Positions 19,401-27,619 of a stretch of 64,000 nucleotides of DNA are shown here, one piece after another (position 1 is the first letter of the stretch; every line of letters begins with the position of its first letter). Origin of the DNA: Candidatus Cybelea sp. (GTDB lineage: Bacteria; Vulcanimicrobiota; Vulcanimicrobiia; Vulcanimicrobiales; Vulcanimicrobiaceae); NCBI GenBank assembly GCA_050008615.1, contig JBEKMH010000014.1, forward strand, positions 8,107 to 72,106. Reading direction: 5' to 3'. The position numbers and the translations under genes were made by a program. A model generated the notes under the pieces. It had not been told where the DNA came from. It saw only the letters and a list, made by a program, of their open reading frames with translations, and did no database searches.

Positions 19401-19700
19401 GCCATGCGCGCAGCCCAAACTCGTTTGCGCCCGATCTTGATGACGTCCATTGCCTTCATCATCGCCGTGATTCCGTTGGTTTTTGCGACGGGCGCGGGCA
19501 GCGCCGCGCGCCATTCACTCGGTACCGTCGTCTTCGGCGGCATGCTGATCTCGACGTTCCTAAATCTCGCCATCACGCCGGTGCTCTACGTCATTATTAA
19601 GTCACTAGAACTGCGTGGAAAACCCTCGGGACGCGACGGTCAAACGAGTGGCGAACATCAAGAAAAGGGTTTGCAATCGTTAAGCCCAACCTCCGGTTAA
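16407..19700 (+). CDS. RND efflux transporter permease (AcrB/HAE1-like)
   Basis: 1097 aa with 12-TM RND architecture. FLTRPVLAAVCSLIILIGG N-terminus and the DDAIVVIENI motif, duplicated halves, large periplasmic loops. Confidence 0.93.
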   Translation: MTKVFLTRPVLAAVCSLIILIGGLVVMPTLPLAQYPQISPPVVTISASYVGAAPEAVEAQVTTPLEEAVNTVQGLRYISSTSSQGTSTITCTFTLETNLDIAAADVQNSVQSAIGQLPATVQQVGVQVSKNSGSFVMGIALTSDTSKYDTLFLSNYAQLNIVNDLSRTPGVSLVRVFGQRQYAMRIWINPAKLAQQGLDAGDVVTALQEQNAEIASGSIGAAPESKNQPYTYTVNALTQLSSPQQFANIILRANPNGGFTRLGDVARVELGAEDYSTALRFNGNPETIGLGILQYPTANALQVSNGVLSEMNVLSKNFPKGLHYTVAFNTTDFVAESVKEVIITLLLSIVLVVLVIYVFLQNPRSTLIPAVTIPVSLIGTFFVMKIFGFTINTITLFGLTLATGLVVDDAIVVIENIARHIEMNKGRQSGVASAAEAMREIQSAVVASSLVLLAVFIPVGFFPGTTGQLYKQFALTIAAAITISLFQALTLAPVMSARLLTGEVESQFIFFKWFNKGLARFRHWYASELPRLFRFRWLVTGVFGLALLATLFMFVKTPTSFIPSEDQGYFIVLLQAPEGTSLSAEQAIAQKAEAIIRSQPQVRYMFDVGGFSFTGSAPNRGLMFVLLKPWGQRKGAGDNIDAVINRVNYGFFKNIPQAQLFALNPPAINGVGSFGGFQFELEDRGNAGLPVLTKTAFEMMGAAAQDPRLMNVFTQFRLNSPQVQLNIDRSKAKAVGISLTDIFDTLEVDLASLYVNNFTYLNRSWQVDVQADEPFRNRISSLQGLYVSSGSAANNTAASVNPLATPAPFSPTGSTNATNTVMTPLAALVQMQQVDTAPVISHYNLYRNIELNGNNAPGHGSGEALTAMDQIAQKVMPPGMSYEWSGLQLDEIAAGSLSTIIFALGLVFVFLVLSAQYESFIDPLIVLLAVPAALFGALGFMNLRHLLPIPGLFDPSLAQDAYAQVGYVMLIGLASKSAILIVEFANQQLREGASIVQAAMRAAQTRLRPILMTSIAFIIAVIPLVFATGAGSAARHSLGTVVFGGMLISTFLNLAITPVLYVIIKSLELRGKPSGRDGQTSGEHQEKGLQSLSPTSG

Positions 19701-19754
19701 ACGCCTGATAGATTTGATAACTGCTGTCACCGGCGATCTCAGGGAGTTGCTTGC

Positions 19755-20984
19755 ATGCTCGGACGTTTCTTTCTCGCGGTGCTCGCCGCAATGGCGGCAA
19801 TAACGACTATCGTTCCGGCATTGCCGGCGTTGGCTGACGGCACCGAGAACATTTATCAACAATCCATCGTTCCCGGCGCAAACACCGCAATCAAAAATAT
19901 CCTGGATCAACAGCAGGCAGCTCGCGAGAAGGCAAGACGTCAAGCCGCGGCAACGAGCCCCAGCGTTGCGCAGGCGCCGCCGGTTTCGCAACAGCCGATT
20001 GGCCCTGTGATCGAGCTGCCCGGCGGGAGGTTCACATATACCGCAGCAATTTCGGCCGCCAATCCGTACGGCAACATCGGATCGTACGGTAAGGGTTGGC
20101 TTATGGGCGGCACCGATCTCTCCGCCAGTTACGGCTTCAACTGGTCGACGCGAGTGGTCGTGAGCATGTTCCAGCTCCAGCACTGGCCGCAGGGGTTCAA
20201 CAGCGGCTTGGCGCCGGTCTATCTCGCCGGCTTCCGCAATCCGGTCGGCTGCGCCGACTTGAGCAACGGAACGGCGTGCGGCCCCGGAACGGGGCGCAAT
20301 ATCAACGTAGCCACGAAGGACACGTTCGGCGTCTTTATGCTCGAAAAGCTCTTCGTGATCAAATCGGACAAACTGCCGGGCCCCGTGCCAATCGTCATTA
20401 CGCCAACGTACGTTGCCCGCGGCGGCCTCATCGCATTTGCGCCGGGCCACAACGACGTCGTTCCCTTCACGTATAACCTGCCGGATGGGCCGGTCGAGAA
20501 CATTCCGGTGCGTACGGCGCAATATTACGCCGTCGCCATCACGCTGCCGTTTCTGAAGACGCCGAAGATGTTCGGGACGTTTACCGTTGCCCCGCAGTGG
20601 CTCGTTCACACCGCGGGAGCCAACTCCGGCAACTCGATGCAGTTTCCCCAGGTGTTGTATCTTGAGTACACACCGACGCGCACGACGACGCTCTTCTTCG
20701 AGCCGCAGAGCGCGCGCGACTATCTACCGACCGATCCGTATCCCGAGCACCTCTTCGCCTATTTCTTGGGCGTGTCGCAGCGGTTGACGAAGTTCTCCTT
20801 CGTTCAGGCCGTGCTCAATAGCGGCAGTCCGACGAACCTTGGGCCGGATGGCGTCGTTGGAATCAAGTGCCTTACGGCCCAGCAAGCGATCAACAATGCA
20901 TGTGGATTGGCGATCGGCGGCCTGAAGGCGACGCAGATCCAACTGGAGTTCGGCATCGGCTCGCCGACCGTCTTTCCACTATAA
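19755..20984 (+). CDS. Hypothetical secreted protein (possible beta-rich/outer-membrane protein)
   Basis: Signal peptide (LAVLAAMAAITTIVPALPALA/DG), a short Q/A-rich and Pro-rich linker, then an aromatic/Gly-rich beta-looking domain. No family recognised. 54 nt after the RND gene. Confidence 0.55.
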   Translation: MLGRFFLAVLAAMAAITTIVPALPALADGTENIYQQSIVPGANTAIKNILDQQQAAREKARRQAAATSPSVAQAPPVSQQPIGPVIELPGGRFTYTAAISAANPYGNIGSYGKGWLMGGTDLSASYGFNWSTRVVVSMFQLQHWPQGFNSGLAPVYLAGFRNPVGCADLSNGTACGPGTGRNINVATKDTFGVFMLEKLFVIKSDKLPGPVPIVITPTYVARGGLIAFAPGHNDVVPFTYNLPDGPVENIPVRTAQYYAVAITLPFLKTPKMFGTFTVAPQWLVHTAGANSGNSMQFPQVLYLEYTPTRTTTLFFEPQSARDYLPTDPYPEHLFAYFLGVSQRLTKFSFVQAVLNSGSPTNLGPDGVVGIKCLTAQQAINNACGLAIGGLKATQIQLEFGIGSPTVFPL

Positions 20985-21001
20985 GTGCCAGAGGCTACAC
21001 T

Positions 21002-22657
21002 ATGAAAAACTCATTCGCTCACATTCTCTTTACGGTGCTCGCGACCGCGGCGCTCGCAGCCTGCGGCGGAGGGAGCGCTACGTCGAGCCAGGTTCTTCCG
21101 CTGCGTGGCGCGCACGTGCGGCCGCAGACGACGATTCTTTCGAACATCGTCGGGGTCGGCGACAGCTTGACGGCAGGTTATCAGTCCAACGGATTCCTCG
21201 GAGCAACAGGCGTTAGCGCCTACATCGACTATGTGCACTATTCCGTTCCGCAGGGTCAGGAAAACGGCTGGTGGGCGGACCTCTACGAGCAGGCCTCGGG
21301 TCAATCGCTCGACACGGCGATCGGTCAGATGTACGAACCGTCGACCAGCCCATTGCCGCTCATCGGAAAGCCCGGGTTGAACAATCAGATCATACCTTGG
21401 AACGCGGAGTTCCCAATTCAAGAACAGAAATACGGCAACATCTGCACGGACAATAACGGGTTCAATGAAGCCGGCTACCACTTAAACGGCCTCTCACGCG
21501 TGCGAATGGACCCGGACTCGACCGAGATTCGAGATGTCGGCATCCCCGGCTTGACGCTCCACGAAGCCAACGTGCTCCATCAGCCGCAGACCGATACCTG
21601 CAAGCCAATCGCCGGCGTGCCGGGCCTTCTTAGCATGGTCGTCGCCGATGAGAGCGCGACGTTTTGGCCCGTGCTCGGCAACTTCACAAAACTCGGCCCG
21701 AACCTCACGGACGTTAACGCTGCGGCATCCCGGCATCCGACCTTGGCGACGGTCTGGCTTGGCGCCAACGACGTGCTCAAATACATGGGAAGCGGTGGAC
21801 GATTTGTCGGCGGCGACCGCAATGCAGCGCAAGCCGAAAGCGACCTGCGCGCGACGTTCGGCACCCTGGAACACGCCGGAGCTCGCATCGTGGTCGCCAA
21901 CCTGCCAAACATTCTCGAGGTGGGCTACTTCCAACGGGTCACCAACCCACGCGACCAGTACGAGTGTAAGCTGCGAACCTATGCGTACTGCCTGCTCCAC
22001 CGCGGTTCTATCCTTATAAGCAAATCAGACGTCACGTTAGTCGCAAACAAATACCATCTCACGACGCCGCAAGGCTGCGTGCCCGCCAGCGTAACCAAGC
22101 CCTGTGGCTACCTGACTCTTTCGGGAGTCGTCGAGATCTTGCAATATTCCCAAGCTCATCACTATAGCAGTTTCCCCGAACTCGATTGCGCCGTGCCCGC
22201 TCCCGGGTGCAAGGTAGTTCCCGGCAGCGGCTTAGGAAACTACTACATCACACCGGAGTTCGCCGGGAAGATTCAGGCGCTCAACGACGCGATCAATCAG
22301 GGAATCGGCGATGCCGCCACGGCCTCGCACGTTCCGCTCGTCGACGTTCAGGCGATCTTTCACGGCCTCGCGAGCGCAAATCCGTCGGATCCGTATTTTA
22401 AGTTCGCAGCGTCGATTAACCCGCACGTCTGTTGCACGCTGGGATACTTGTATGGAATGCTGAGCTTCGACGGACTGCATCCGTCGAACACCGGGTATGC
22501 CATCATCGCGTATGAGTTCATCGATGTGATCAACAAAGCGTACGGAACGCATATCCCGCAGATCGACGTCAAGGCCGCGTATCAAGGCACTCGCTGTAAG
22601 AACGCAAACTACTGCTACCCCGACCCCTACGCGCCGCCTAACGACATCACAGACTAA
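21002..22657 (+). CDS. SGNH/GDSL hydrolase-family lipoprotein
   Basis: ATG 21002 gives MKNSFAHILFTVLATAALAAC (lipobox). Block I VGVGDSLTAGY, block III WLGANDV, block V DGLHPSNTGY. Confidence 0.8.
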   Translation: MKNSFAHILFTVLATAALAACGGGSATSSQVLPLRGAHVRPQTTILSNIVGVGDSLTAGYQSNGFLGATGVSAYIDYVHYSVPQGQENGWWADLYEQASGQSLDTAIGQMYEPSTSPLPLIGKPGLNNQIIPWNAEFPIQEQKYGNICTDNNGFNEAGYHLNGLSRVRMDPDSTEIRDVGIPGLTLHEANVLHQPQTDTCKPIAGVPGLLSMVVADESATFWPVLGNFTKLGPNLTDVNAAASRHPTLATVWLGANDVLKYMGSGGRFVGGDRNAAQAESDLRATFGTLEHAGARIVVANLPNILEVGYFQRVTNPRDQYECKLRTYAYCLLHRGSILISKSDVTLVANKYHLTTPQGCVPASVTKPCGYLTLSGVVEILQYSQAHHYSSFPELDCAVPAPGCKVVPGSGLGNYYITPEFAGKIQALNDAINQGIGDAATASHVPLVDVQAIFHGLASANPSDPYFKFAASINPHVCCTLGYLYGMLSFDGLHPSNTGYAIIAYEFIDVINKAYGTHIPQIDVKAAYQGTRCKNANYCYPDPYAPPNDITD

Positions 22658-22663
22658 ACCTCG

Positions 22664-24607
22664 GTGCTGACCTGGCTGCGCGAGCTCGTGGCGACGGCAG
22701 GCACCTTCGATCGATCGGCGCTCGAGCCCGGATACGCGCTACGCTGCACGATCGGCGTAGCGATTCCGCTCGTGATTGCGGTGCTGCTCGGAAAACCTTC
22801 GCTCGGCGTTGCCGCGGCGATCGGCGCCTTCATCACCGGCTTCACTTCGTTGCAGGGGATCTATCGGACGCGCCTGATCGCGATACTCAGCGCGGCGGCC
22901 GGCATGGCGGCGACCAGCTTCATTGGCGCGTTGGCGGCGCATTCCACAGTTGGATTGATCGCGGCAACGGCGGTCGCGGGCTATGCGTGCGGAACGATTG
23001 GCCAACTCGGCCCAGCCGCGGCAACGGTCGCGCTCAACTCGCTGGTCGCCTTCGTGCTCTTCTCCAGCCAACCGTTGGCGCCGGGCGCGGCGCTGTTTCA
23101 ATCGGCCCTCGTGCTGGGCGGCGGCCTCATTCAAGCGGTTCTCGTACTGCTCGTTTCACCGGCGGAGCGCCTCACCGCCGAGCGTTCGGCACTGGCGGAG
23201 GTCTACGAAAACCTCGCAGAATACGCGCGCCGTGTCGCCGGCGGTTCGCCCGCAATGCCGCCGATCACGCCATTTGCGACTGCGCGCCAAGTGTTGGCCG
23301 ATCCGCAACCGTTTGCGCGCGCCGCAGATCGCGCCCGGCTCGAGCGTTTGCTCGAAGACTCGGAGCTCATTCGGAAACTTCTGGGCGCGCTGGCGACGAC
23401 GCACGAAGTTCCCAAGACTCTCGGCGACCAGCTCAACGTCATCGCCGGTTTATTGCGCGGTACTGAAAAGGCCGAAGCGGTCGAACTGCCGGAGCTCGCC
23501 GGCGACCTAGGCGTTAACCTCCGCGATGCCGTGCTGGCCGCATCGATGCTCTCGAGCGGGCGGCTTCCCAACGTGCATCTGCTCTCGAAGCCTCGCCCCG
23601 GACCGTACGTCGAAAATCACATCGAATGGCGCAGCCGCGATTCCTTGCGTTCGGCGGTGGTGATGAGCCTCGCGATGGTGCTGGGACGGCATTTCGAGGC
23701 CGACCGCGGTTATTGGATTCCGATGACCGCGGCGATCGTGCTCCGGCCCGATTTCCAAACGACGTTTCTGCGCGGTTTCACCCGCATCGCCGGCACCTTG
23801 ATCGGCGCGGTCGTCGCGACGTTGGTGCTACGGCTGGTACGAGGACACGAAGGGCTGCAAGTGGCCGGAGTTCTGGTCGCGGCCGCGGCCGCGTACGTCA
23901 CCTTCAATCCCAACTACGCGCTCTTTACGGTAGCGATCACTTCGTTTGTGGTGCTGGTGCTCAGCATGCGCGGCCTTCCGGGCACGACGACCATTGCCGC
24001 GCGCGTTCTGGATACCATCGCGGGCGGCGGCCTCGCGATGATCGGTTATCTGGCGTTGCCGACGTGGGAACGCAAGCGGACGCGCGCGTTGCTGGCAGAC
24101 CTTCTCGACGCGCAGCGCGATTTGGCAGACGCGATTCTGCGAGCGTACGCGGCGCCGTCGGACGAGGCGCGGCAGCGAATCGAGCGGGCGCGCACCGATG
24201 CATGGCGGATACGCACGACCGTCGAGGCCTCCATCGATCGAAGCCGCCACGAGCCGCACCGAGTCCACACCATCGCCGTCGGACGAGCGCTTCGGATACT
24301 TGCGGCAACGCAGCGCTTCGCGCTTGCGAACCTCGCGCTCGAGAGCGCGCTTGGAACGCCGCTCCCGCCGGCGTGCGCCGACGCCTTGGCCCGGTTCGCC
24401 GATGCGCTCGACGGCCGGATAGCCGCACTCGCAGTCGCGCTGCGCGAGTCGCATCGCGCAACGCCCGGCGACCGTCTGGCAGCGGCCCTCTCGCAGGCCG
24501 ACAGGGAACTCACCGGCCAGAAATGCGCCGACGCACCGTTCGTCGTCGGGCGATTGCGGACGTACGTTGACGCTGCTGCGAGGATTGCGCGCTTGGTGGG
24601 CCGGTGA
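22664..24607 (+). CDS. FUSC/YccS-like (fusaric-acid-resistance / aromatic-acid-exporter family) membrane protein
   Basis: 647 aa. Two polytopic hydrophobic blocks separated and followed by long helical soluble segments. Family assignment is by overall resemblance only. GTG start 6 nt after the upstream stop. Confidence 0.65.
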   Translation: MLTWLRELVATAGTFDRSALEPGYALRCTIGVAIPLVIAVLLGKPSLGVAAAIGAFITGFTSLQGIYRTRLIAILSAAAGMAATSFIGALAAHSTVGLIAATAVAGYACGTIGQLGPAAATVALNSLVAFVLFSSQPLAPGAALFQSALVLGGGLIQAVLVLLVSPAERLTAERSALAEVYENLAEYARRVAGGSPAMPPITPFATARQVLADPQPFARAADRARLERLLEDSELIRKLLGALATTHEVPKTLGDQLNVIAGLLRGTEKAEAVELPELAGDLGVNLRDAVLAASMLSSGRLPNVHLLSKPRPGPYVENHIEWRSRDSLRSAVVMSLAMVLGRHFEADRGYWIPMTAAIVLRPDFQTTFLRGFTRIAGTLIGAVVATLVLRLVRGHEGLQVAGVLVAAAAAYVTFNPNYALFTVAITSFVVLVLSMRGLPGTTTIAARVLDTIAGGGLAMIGYLALPTWERKRTRALLADLLDAQRDLADAILRAYAAPSDEARQRIERARTDAWRIRTTVEASIDRSRHEPHRVHTIAVGRALRILAATQRFALANLALESALGTPLPPACADALARFADALDGRIAALAVALRESHRATPGDRLAAALSQADRELTGQKCADAPFVVGRLRTYVDAAARIARLVGR

Positions 24608-24616
24608 CCGTAATCT

Positions 24617-25897
24617 CTACGCGTAGATGCCGCGGAGTAACGACGCTTTAACGACGCGATCGATGGCGAGTGTATAGGCCGCCGTTCGAAGGGTTGCGTG
24701 GCGGGAGTTTGCGATCGCGCGGATCGCGCGCAGGTTCGTCAGGAGAAAGTCTTCGAGCTTCTCGTTGACCTCCGCTTCCTTCCAAAAGTAGCCCATGCGG
24801 TCTTGGGCCCACTCAAAATACGAAACGGTGACGCCGCCCGCATTGGCCATGATGTCGGGAATCACGACGATGCCTTTTTCGCGGAAGATGCGGTCGGCTT
24901 CGGGCGTCGTCGGTCCGTTCGCTCCCTCGACTAAGAGCTTCGCTTGAACTTTCGACGCCAGCTCGGGAGTGAAAACCTTTTCGAGCGCGGCGGGGACGAG
25001 CACGTCGCAGGGACTGGTCAGCAGCTCGGCGTTGGTGATCCTGTCTCCGCCTTTAAAACCTTCGAGCGTTCCGAACTTGGACGAGTGCTCCATCGCGGCG
25101 AAAACGTTGATGCCTTCCTCGCTATAGTACGCGCCGGTCACGTCGGAGATGCCGACGACTTTGCAGCCACGGTCTTCGAAAAGTTTTGCGGCGTAGCGCC
25201 CGACGTTGCCGAAGCCCTGAATGGCAATCGTCGCTTGTTCGGGGCGCAGCCCCATTTCGGCCATCTCGTCGAGCGCGCAGATCGTTACGCCGCGGCCGGT
25301 CGCTTCCACGCGGCCGCGCGAGCCGCCGATCTCCAAGGGCTTGCCCGTGACCACCCCCGGCATGTTCTGGCGCACGTGCATCGAGTACGTGTCCATGAAC
25401 CAGGCCATGACTTGCGGCGTCGTGTTGACGTCGGGCGCCGGAACGTCCTTATCCGGGCCGACGACCTCGACCAGCTCGGCGGCATACCGGCGCGTGATGC
25501 GCTCGAGCTCGTTTAACGACAGCGTCGCGGGATCGCAGGTGACGCCGCCTTTGCCGCCCCCGAACGGCAGATCGACGACGGCACACTTCCACGTCATCCA
25601 AAAGGCCAGTGCGGTCACTTCGTCGAGGGTCACGCCGGGATGGTAGCGGATGCCGCCCTTTGCCGGTCCGCGCGCGAAGTTGTACTGCACGCGATAGCCG
25701 GTGTAGACCTCAAACTCGCCCGAATCCCGCTGGAACGGAATCGAGAAAATGATCTGGCGAGACGGATGGGTGAGAATCCGGCGCATGCCGGCGTCGAGCT
25801 CGAGCAAATCGGCGGCTTCGTTAAAGTACGCGATCGCATCGCCAAAGACTGAAACGTCGCGGACGGAGGGCGCCGTTTCGCGCAGAGCAGTGGTCAT
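24617..25897 (-). CDS. gdhA: Glutamate dehydrogenase (Glu/Leu/Phe/Val dehydrogenase family)
   Basis: Active-site LPFGGGKGG and Rossmann IQGFGNVG. 426 aa. Confidence 0.93.
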   Translation of the reverse strand: MTTALRETAPSVRDVSVFGDAIAYFNEAADLLELDAGMRRILTHPSRQIIFSIPFQRDSGEFEVYTGYRVQYNFARGPAKGGIRYHPGVTLDEVTALAFWMTWKCAVVDLPFGGGKGGVTCDPATLSLNELERITRRYAAELVEVVGPDKDVPAPDVNTTPQVMAWFMDTYSMHVRQNMPGVVTGKPLEIGGSRGRVEATGRGVTICALDEMAEMGLRPEQATIAIQGFGNVGRYAAKLFEDRGCKVVGISDVTGAYYSEEGINVFAAMEHSSKFGTLEGFKGGDRITNAELLTSPCDVLVPAALEKVFTPELASKVQAKLLVEGANGPTTPEADRIFREKGIVVIPDIMANAGGVTVSYFEWAQDRMGYFWKEAEVNEKLEDFLLTNLRAIRAIANSRHATLRTAAYTLAIDRVVKASLLRGIYA

Positions 25898-25937
25898 GCG
25901 TCACCCTTTCCCGATTTCGGCGGCCGAGCCCCTCGAT

Positions 25938-27032
25938 TCATACGTTGAATCGGAAGTTTACGACGTCGCCCTCTTGCATCAGGTAGTCCCGGCCCTCGCT
26001 GCGCAGGCGCCCGGCGGCGCGCAATGCCTCCATGGTCTGGTATTGCACGTAATCCTCGTACGAGACGATCTCGGCGCGGATGAAGCCCCGCTCGATATCG
26101 CTATGAATCGTACCGGCCGCCTGGGGCGCCGCCGTCCCTTTGCGAATCGGCCAGGCACGGGCTTCCTTTTCGCCCGCCGTGAGGAACGTCATGAGGCCCA
26201 ACACCTCGTAAGTTTCGGCCGCCAAATCGTCGAGGCCGCTGCGCTCGATGCCCAGCTCCCGGCGAAACTCGGCCGCCTCGCCTTCCGAGAGTCCGGCCAG
26301 CTCGGCTTCGACCTTGCCGCTGAGCACGATGGCCCGGCCGCCGTCCTCGCGCGCGATCTCCTCGACGGCCCATACCTTCTCCGAACTTTTGCCGATTTGG
26401 TTCTCGTCCACGTTGGCGACATACAGGATCGGTTTGGAGGTCAGAAGGAACGATTCGGCCGCGACCTGACCCTCGAGCGAGTCCGCCGCAAAGCTGCGGG
26501 CCGGGCGCGCCTCTTCCAGCGCGGCGGTCAAGCGCTGCGCGGCCGCGAGATATTCGCGCATCTTGGGATTTGCTCGAATCTCTCGCTCGATCTTCGGCAG
26601 GCGCTTTCGCATCGTCGCAAGATCTGCCAGGGCCAGCTCGATTCCGATGATCTCGGAGTCGCGCCGCGGATCGACCGTGCCCTCCACGTGCGTCACCTCG
26701 TCGTCCTCAAAACAGCGGACCACCATCGCGATCGCATTGGTCTCGCGAATGTGGCTTAGAAAGGCGTTGCCGAGCCCCTCGCCCGCGCTGGCGCCCCGCA
26801 CCAAGCCGGCGATGTCCACGAAGCGAACGGTTGCCGGAATGATCCGCGCGGCGCCGGCGAGCCGTTGGAGGACCGGCAACCGCGGGTCCGGTACCGCGAC
26901 CTCGCCCACATTGGGCTCGATCGTCGCAAACGGATAGTTTGCGGCTAGCGCTTGGGCCGAGCGCGTTAGTGCATTAAAAATGGTGGACTTGCCGACGTTC
27001 GGCAGGCCGACGATTCCGCAGGAGAGTGCCAT
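25938..27032 (-). CDS. ychF: Redox-regulated ATPase YchF
   Basis: ATG 27032 gives MALSCGIVGLPNVGKSTIFNALT (G1). C-terminal GDVVNFRFNV. The ORF extension to 27107 is Arg-rich and non-native-looking. Confidence 0.95.
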   Translation of the reverse strand: MALSCGIVGLPNVGKSTIFNALTRSAQALAANYPFATIEPNVGEVAVPDPRLPVLQRLAGAARIIPATVRFVDIAGLVRGASAGEGLGNAFLSHIRETNAIAMVVRCFEDDEVTHVEGTVDPRRDSEIIGIELALADLATMRKRLPKIEREIRANPKMREYLAAAQRLTAALEEARPARSFAADSLEGQVAAESFLLTSKPILYVANVDENQIGKSSEKVWAVEEIAREDGGRAIVLSGKVEAELAGLSEGEAAEFRRELGIERSGLDDLAAETYEVLGLMTFLTAGEKEARAWPIRKGTAAPQAAGTIHSDIERGFIRAEIVSYEDYVQYQTMEALRAAGRLRSEGRDYLMQEGDVVNFRFNV

Positions 27033-27139
27033 AGTTGACAGGCCGCGGGTTCGGCCGCTCGCACGCCCCGCCCTTGCGCGGTCGCGAGGGGCTGCATGCT
27101 TCGGCAAGAGAATCTGCCGGGGGCGTCGGATAGGTCTGG

Positions 27140-27619
27140 ATGCGCCAAATGAAGGTCGACAAGCTAGGAATCGACCTCCTAACCCATGATCCCGTGGTCA
27201 TCCTTAAGGATATGGACGGTTCGCATTATCTCCCGATACTGATCGGTCCCTTTGAAGCGACGGCGATCGCGCTCGCACTGGAAGGCGCGCCGGTGCCGCG
27301 TCCGCTCTCGCACGATCTCATGCGTAACATCCTCGAGTCGCTCAACACCAACCTCGAGCAGGTTGTGATTCACGACATCAAAGACTCGACGTTTTTCGCC
27401 AAGCTCGTCGTGCGCACCAACGGCGAGCTGCAAGAAATCGACGCGCGCCCGTCCGACGGGATCGCGCTCGCGCTCCGCGTCCCCGCACCGATCTTCGTCT
27501 CCGACAAGATCGTCCTCGAGGAGGCGGCCACGACCGAGAAGAGGCCGGCGAACGACACCGAAATGGCCCGATTCAAGAAGTTCCTTGACGACCTAAAGCC
27601 ATCGGATTTTAACAGATGA
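27140..27619 (+). CDS. Bifunctional nuclease (BFN/DUF151) family protein
   Basis: DPVVILKDMDGSHYLPILIGPFEATAIALALEG and RPLSHDL match my recollection of the BFN domain. 159 aa. Confidence 0.75.
   Translation: MRQMKVDKLGIDLLTHDPVVILKDMDGSHYLPILIGPFEATAIALALEGAPVPRPLSHDLMRNILESLNTNLEQVVIHDIKDSTFFAKLVVRTNGELQEIDARPSDGIALALRVPAPIFVSDKIVLEEAATTEKRPANDTEMARFKKFLDDLKPSDFNR

Noticed and set aside
16407-19700. The RND permease as a pseudogene, because no adaptor gene is adjacent
   Set aside because: The 1097-codon frame is intact with both homologous halves and conserved TM4 motifs. Absence of neighbours is not evidence of decay, so it is treated as a finding about cluster context instead.
25938-27107. 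Longer N-terminal extensions offered by the ORF track for ychF (to 27107), the lipoprotein 3560 (to 4084), the coiled-coil gene (to 7402), ubiX (to 51929), lipA (from 15294) and the SGNH gene (from 20867)
   Set aside because: In each case an internal ATG yields a canonical N-terminus (P-loop, signal peptide/lipobox, or family-typical start). The extension is Arg/Cys/Pro-rich or overlaps the neighbouring gene.
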